DNA of 64,000 nt from positions 64,001 through 128,000 of the forward strand of contig JAVZJD010000001.1 of assembly GCA_038870975.1 (NCBI GenBank), given 5' to 3'. Origin of the DNA: Candidatus Bathyarchaeia archaeon (GTDB lineage: Archaea > Thermoproteota > CALKCG01 > B24). The notes beneath the pieces were generated by a model. The model saw only the letters and a list, made by a program, of their open reading frames with translations, was not told the DNA's origin and did not search any database. Shown here piece by piece: positions 59,675 to 64,000 of this stretch. The position numbers were made by a program, and so were the translations under genes. Each line of letters begins with the position of its first letter. Position 1 is the first letter of the stretch.

Positions 59675-61720
59675 GTGTCAAAGGAGATAATAGAAGAAAA
59701 GATTCCATGGCACTTTCTAATACCCTTCATGATAGTTCTTGGAGTATTTACTATGGCTGTAAACCCCTTGAACTCAACTGGTACGTGGAGAAACCCTCCT
59801 GGATACTCTGCAGCTATGGGGGTTGTCGTCATATGCTATTCAGCTCTAACAGCCCTACCATTCCTATGCTTTTACTTTGCAGGCGCTCTTGGAAGGTTAA
59901 ACTTCCTCAAGAAAAGGATCAACATGACGACTATGACCTGGCTTTATACTACGACGCTATGCCTTTCATTCTACCTGGGTAGACCTACATCAGACACAGC
60001 ATGTGCCAGCTATGGTGTTTTCTTGGGTAATAGGATAATGTCTCCAGTTGAAGAGACGACTAGACTCGTTCCATGGTTTATGGCTCCACCACCAGATATA
60101 GCAAAGCTAGCACTTTACGGTGGTGTTCCAACACCTTATGCAGATTTAATGCCTATGATGCTTTTCTGGAGCACTTTTACAATAGTGTATGGTCTTCTAA
60201 TGGTATCTATAGCTACAATATTTAGGAAGTATTGGATAGACGTTGAAAAAGTTCCATTCCCTCACGTAGGAGCTGCATACGAGCTCCTAGTGAGGACATT
60301 ACCCGAGAGAAGAGCGAGATTCTCAGGGCCATTCTTAATTGGAGTTATACTGGGAGTTGCTGTTTGGATACCGACGTTTCTCACAGGATTATTTCCCTGG
60401 TTCCCAGACATCTATGGATGGAGATGGGAAGCGAACGTATGTGGATACGGATCGCACTTCGTTCAACCCGGTGAGCCGTTAGCAGCTCTCATAGGTATGG
60501 CTAGGATTGAGAAGGAACCGCTGGGTGTAGCTATAGCGTATTTTGCACCATTAACAACGTTATTTAACATGTGGTTCTGGTGGCTAGTACTAGTAGTGTT
60601 ATGCCAAATAGCATACTTCTTCGGATATTACACAGGGATTCCAAATACTCCGGGTTGTGGAAGAGTCTGGTGTGGAGAAATATCAATATCCTACGGTGAG
60701 CCGTTTAAATGGACATCTGTCCTCATAGGAGGAATATGGGGTTTAACCATATTCCTATTGATCTTAAGTAGACACCACATTATAAGTACTTTAAAAGCCG
60801 CGTTTGGAAGAATGGACCCCTCGGCTAAAGTTGAATTCGAAAAAGGCGAGCCCATAAGTTACAGAGGAGCCTACACCTTACTGATAGTGACGTTCATTAT
60901 AGCAATATTCATACATATCGCATGCGGTATGAACCCGTTATCATCACTATTGACACCTATAAACATGATAGCTCTATGGTTTGGTTCCATGAGGCTTCTA
61001 GGTATAGGAGGACTCTACTACCGTAAAACTGATAAAGGATATGCGTTGCATAGGCTCCTACTATGGCCTAAGGCCCCAGAAGTTGTAGATAGAGATTTCG
61101 CCATGTCTGCACACTTTAACACATGGTTTACAGATGCCCCCGACATGGGCAACCAAGTCGGTGGAAACTTTCTAACTGCTTTCGAAGCCTATAGAATGGC
61201 AAGTCTCACAGGAGTGACTACTAAAAGCGTTTTCAAAGTTCTTGTAGCCTCCATAATAATATACTCTCTAGTTACGATACCAACGTGGATGACTATCGCC
61301 TACACATTCGGCATAACTAAGATCCAAGGCACCTGGGGCATGCACGGATGCAATGCCGTAATGCAGAGGTCTGCTGATCCCGATAGTTGGAACAGTGCTC
61401 CAGGTACAGAACCATGGGTACCACACTTCATCGCTGGGTTCCTCTTTGTGGGGCTTTTAAGCTGGCTACACGCAAGATACATATGGTTCCCATTTGAGCC
61501 TGTAGGCTTCATACTGGGGATAGGAGCAGGATTCGAATGGGGATTCTGGAGCTTAGCATTAGTAGCTTGGATTCTCAAGCAATTAACGCTTAGAATCGGT
61601 GGGAGTAAACTGTATGAAGAGGTTGGAGCTCCAGTAGCAGGTGGATACATAGCTGGACATGTATTGGCTTTGATACCGGGAATCATAATAGGTAGATACA
61701 GGTTCTTCTTCCCATTCTAA
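59675..61720 (+). CDS. OPT-superfamily-like polytopic transporter (DUF6784/6785-like)
   Basis: RKYWIDVEKVPFP and C-terminal WFPFEPVGF...LRIGGSKLYE; many TM helices. Confidence 0.7.
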   Translation: MSKEIIEEKIPWHFLIPFMIVLGVFTMAVNPLNSTGTWRNPPGYSAAMGVVVICYSALTALPFLCFYFAGALGRLNFLKKRINMTTMTWLYTTTLCLSFYLGRPTSDTACASYGVFLGNRIMSPVEETTRLVPWFMAPPPDIAKLALYGGVPTPYADLMPMMLFWSTFTIVYGLLMVSIATIFRKYWIDVEKVPFPHVGAAYELLVRTLPERRARFSGPFLIGVILGVAVWIPTFLTGLFPWFPDIYGWRWEANVCGYGSHFVQPGEPLAALIGMARIEKEPLGVAIAYFAPLTTLFNMWFWWLVLVVLCQIAYFFGYYTGIPNTPGCGRVWCGEISISYGEPFKWTSVLIGGIWGLTIFLLILSRHHIISTLKAAFGRMDPSAKVEFEKGEPISYRGAYTLLIVTFIIAIFIHIACGMNPLSSLLTPINMIALWFGSMRLLGIGGLYYRKTDKGYALHRLLLWPKAPEVVDRDFAMSAHFNTWFTDAPDMGNQVGGNFLTAFEAYRMASLTGVTTKSVFKVLVASIIIYSLVTIPTWMTIAYTFGITKIQGTWGMHGCNAVMQRSADPDSWNSAPGTEPWVPHFIAGFLFVGLLSWLHARYIWFPFEPVGFILGIGAGFEWGFWSLALVAWILKQLTLRIGGSKLYEEVGAPVAGGYIAGHVLALIPGIIIGRYRFFFPF

Positions 61721-61786
61721 ACTCCCTCGCTTTTTTATTTTCGTCAACGTTTAACTGGTCTAAAAGCGTGCAGATAGCCTGTATTG

Positions 61787-62908
61787 TTACGATATCTTTA
61801 GCAGTTTTAAAGCTGTAAGTCTATAGACTTCAATACTGTCGAGGTATTCTTCAACGTCTATCTTCTCCACATTAGTATGGCTCAAAGATGAGTTGCCCGG
61901 CCCATATGTTACAGCATCTATGGGAAGCCCAGCTAGAAGATTCATATCCCCCGTACCAGTTTTCCGAATAAGCTTAGGATAACTTCCTCTGACCTCTTTT
62001 ATAGATTCCCTTAAGGCATTTAAAAGCATTGAATTTTTATTCGCCTCATAAGCCTCACAGTACTCTTCAGGTTCCACTTCTACCTGAACCGTTGGATATT
62101 TATCCGTGAAGTCCTTCGAAAGCTTCTGAGAAAACTCTATGAGTTCCTTAGCTTTGACATTGGGTGGAATCCTAATATCGAGTTTAGCCTCACAGAAACC
62201 AGGTACGATGTTTGATGTTTCTCCCCCCTTAATCCAAGTTATCGACGTAGAAGTAGTATAGTATCTACTTGAAAATTTGCGGGTAGAGTAAGATTCATCT
62301 ACCTTCTCTTTTACCAACTTGTAGAACTCGTAGAGTTTTTCAACAGCGTTTTCAAAAGCCCATGGCGACCCCGCGTGCCCAGGTCTCGTCTTACACTTTA
62401 TGGAGAGTTGAACCCTGCCTCTGTAAGCTATGGTTACAACTTCAACACCACCTGGTTCACCAAAGACCGCAAATTTACCCTCTAAACCTTTACGTAATAG
62501 ATGTTTAAAGCCTAAACTAGAGCCTTCTTCGTCAATCGTGCATACAACAGTAAGCTTACCGTTTAAATTCTCGTCTTTAAGAGAGGCCCCTGCAACAACC
62601 ATAGCTATCAACGCAGATTTAGCGTCTACAGCTCCTCTAGCGTATATAAAGCTCCCTTCTTCTTTATAGGGTATGATCCCTGGAACTGTATCCATGTGAC
62701 CTATATACATAAGCATAGACTTACCAGTACCTATAGACCCTAGAACGTTTCCAACTTCATCGATACATACGTTATCATAGCCCAATTTTTTCATAGCATC
62801 CATGAGAAAAAGTGCCAGTTCAGTTTCACGTAGGGATGGGCTGTAAATCTTCAGAGCGTTTCTAAGTATGTCCACCGCTTTAGCTTTAAACTCTGAGTCT
62901 GTACGCAT
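61787..62908 (-). CDS. lysK: [LysW]-lysine/ornithine hydrolase (M20)
   Basis: GHMDTVPG, GAVDAK, DEE, GEP, TGTGDMN and YGPG...H motifs; in operon with lysW and lysZ. Confidence 0.92.
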   Translation of the reverse strand: MRTDSEFKAKAVDILRNALKIYSPSLRETELALFLMDAMKKLGYDNVCIDEVGNVLGSIGTGKSMLMYIGHMDTVPGIIPYKEEGSFIYARGAVDAKSALIAMVVAGASLKDENLNGKLTVVCTIDEEGSSLGFKHLLRKGLEGKFAVFGEPGGVEVVTIAYRGRVQLSIKCKTRPGHAGSPWAFENAVEKLYEFYKLVKEKVDESYSTRKFSSRYYTTSTSITWIKGGETSNIVPGFCEAKLDIRIPPNVKAKELIEFSQKLSKDFTDKYPTVQVEVEPEEYCEAYEANKNSMLLNALRESIKEVRGSYPKLIRKTGTGDMNLLAGLPIDAVTYGPGNSSLSHTNVEKIDVEEYLDSIEVYRLTALKLLKIS

Positions 62909-62911
62909 CTG

Positions 62912-63724
62912 TCAACCTCTATAGATAGTAGTTCCTGTTTTACCCTCTAGGGCAGAAGTTATAGGTTTAGGTTTTAAACCAGAACATATCACGACTCTCT
63001 CGACGCCCATCTCCAAAGCCTCAATAGCGGCATAGACTTTAGTAATCATACCTGGACCTATTTTCCTAAGTTTCTCCTTCAATCGAGTAGAGGATATTTC
63101 CCTGCAAAGTTCCCTATCGAGGATTAAGCCTTCAACATCCGTTAGTAGTATGAGGCGGTCCGCTTTCAAAGCTCCCGCTATATAAGACGCAGCCCTATCT
63201 CCATCGACGTTTAAAATTTCATATTCAGAGCCTATAGACAGTGGTGAAATAACAGGTAAATAGCCCGAGTTTAAAAGCGTTTCCAAAAGACCAATATTAA
63301 CACCTGTTATTTTCCCAGTATATCCTCCAGGTATAGTTCTTTTCCTACCCTTTTCATCTATTATAACGAGTTTCTTTTTCCTATCTGCTCTTAAAAGCCC
63401 TCCGTCTACACCTGAGATTCCTACGGCTGGAAGATTGAATTCAAGGAGTGTAGAAACAATCTCTTTGCTTATTTTACCAGCCATAACCATAACATAGATA
63501 TCGAGTGTTTCCTTATCAGTATACCTACTTCTAAAGCCGTCTGGAGAAGTTACGAAGACTTGTTCTTTACCCATTTTAGAAGCTATACTTGTAACTTCGT
63601 CCCCTCCTCCATGTACTAAGACTAGTTTATAGTTTGAAAATACCTCTTTAATATCGCTTATCAGGTTTACATCTGGAGCCCCATCTTTAAGAATACTTCC
63701 ACCGATTTTAACTACCAGTTTCAA
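62912..63724 (-). CDS. lysZ: [LysW]-aminoadipate/glutamate kinase
   Basis: VVKIGG, VHGGG, SRYTD, NVDGDRAA and GMITK motifs. Confidence 0.93.
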   Translation of the reverse strand: MKLVVKIGGSILKDGAPDVNLISDIKEVFSNYKLVLVHGGGDEVTSIASKMGKEQVFVTSPDGFRSRYTDKETLDIYVMVMAGKISKEIVSTLLEFNLPAVGISGVDGGLLRADRKKKLVIIDEKGRKRTIPGGYTGKITGVNIGLLETLLNSGYLPVISPLSIGSEYEILNVDGDRAASYIAGALKADRLILLTDVEGLILDRELCREISSTRLKEKLRKIGPGMITKVYAAIEALEMGVERVVICSGLKPKPITSALEGKTGTTIYRG

Positions 63725-63753
63725 ACATCAACCCTCAATATAGAATTCTCCGA

Positions 63754-63939
63754 CTATTCTCCCCAGTCTTCTCCCTCTATTTCGGCAAGTTTAAGCTCAA
63801 TTTTACCATTGTTTATATAGACTTCATACTCCATACCACAATCGGGGCAGGAGAATATTTCACCTTCGAGGACGTCATCGGGAATTTTAATCTTACCACC
63901 ACACTCATGACACTCTAAAACTATAACCACATATATCAC
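63754..63939 (-). CDS. lysW: Amino-group carrier protein LysW
   Basis: CxxC...CPDCG zinc ribbon and C-terminal EDWGE. Confidence 0.97.
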   Translation of the reverse strand: MIYVVIVLECHECGGKIKIPDDVLEGEIFSCPDCGMEYEVYINNGKIELKLAEIEGEDWGE

Positions 63940-64000
63940 CTCCCACCTTTTTTCCGAGTCATATAAGCTGTTCTAAGGGGAAGACTCCATATTTCTATAA

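Overview
Archaeal chromosomal window, TACK-type and most consistent with a Bathyarchaeia-like organism (inferred from gene content only). It starts inside an intein-containing rtcB. It then carries two group 4 [NiFe]-hydrogenase loci (one with a membrane arm, one catalytic-only plus maturation protease) and a SlaA/SlaB-like surface-protein pair flanked by toxin-antitoxin genes and decayed duplicated genes. Next come a tandem pair of COG1665-like nucleotidyltransferases and core genes (fbp, valS, ileS, nucS, a PolB with degenerate proofreading motifs, rpl7ae-rps28e-rpl24e-adkA, lysW-lysZ-lysK). Also present are GH4 and GH51 glycosidases, an F420 cluster (FbiB-C/FbiE-like reductase, cofD, cofC), larA, tRNA-Cys and tRNA-Arg. 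The most striking unexplained element is a ~270-nt, highly structured, minus-strand non-coding RNA at about 28357-28634. Its two ends form a canonical bulge-helix-bulge (BHB) motif, which predicts excision by the splicing endonuclease and circularisation into a ~265-nt circular RNA that I cannot assign to a known family.
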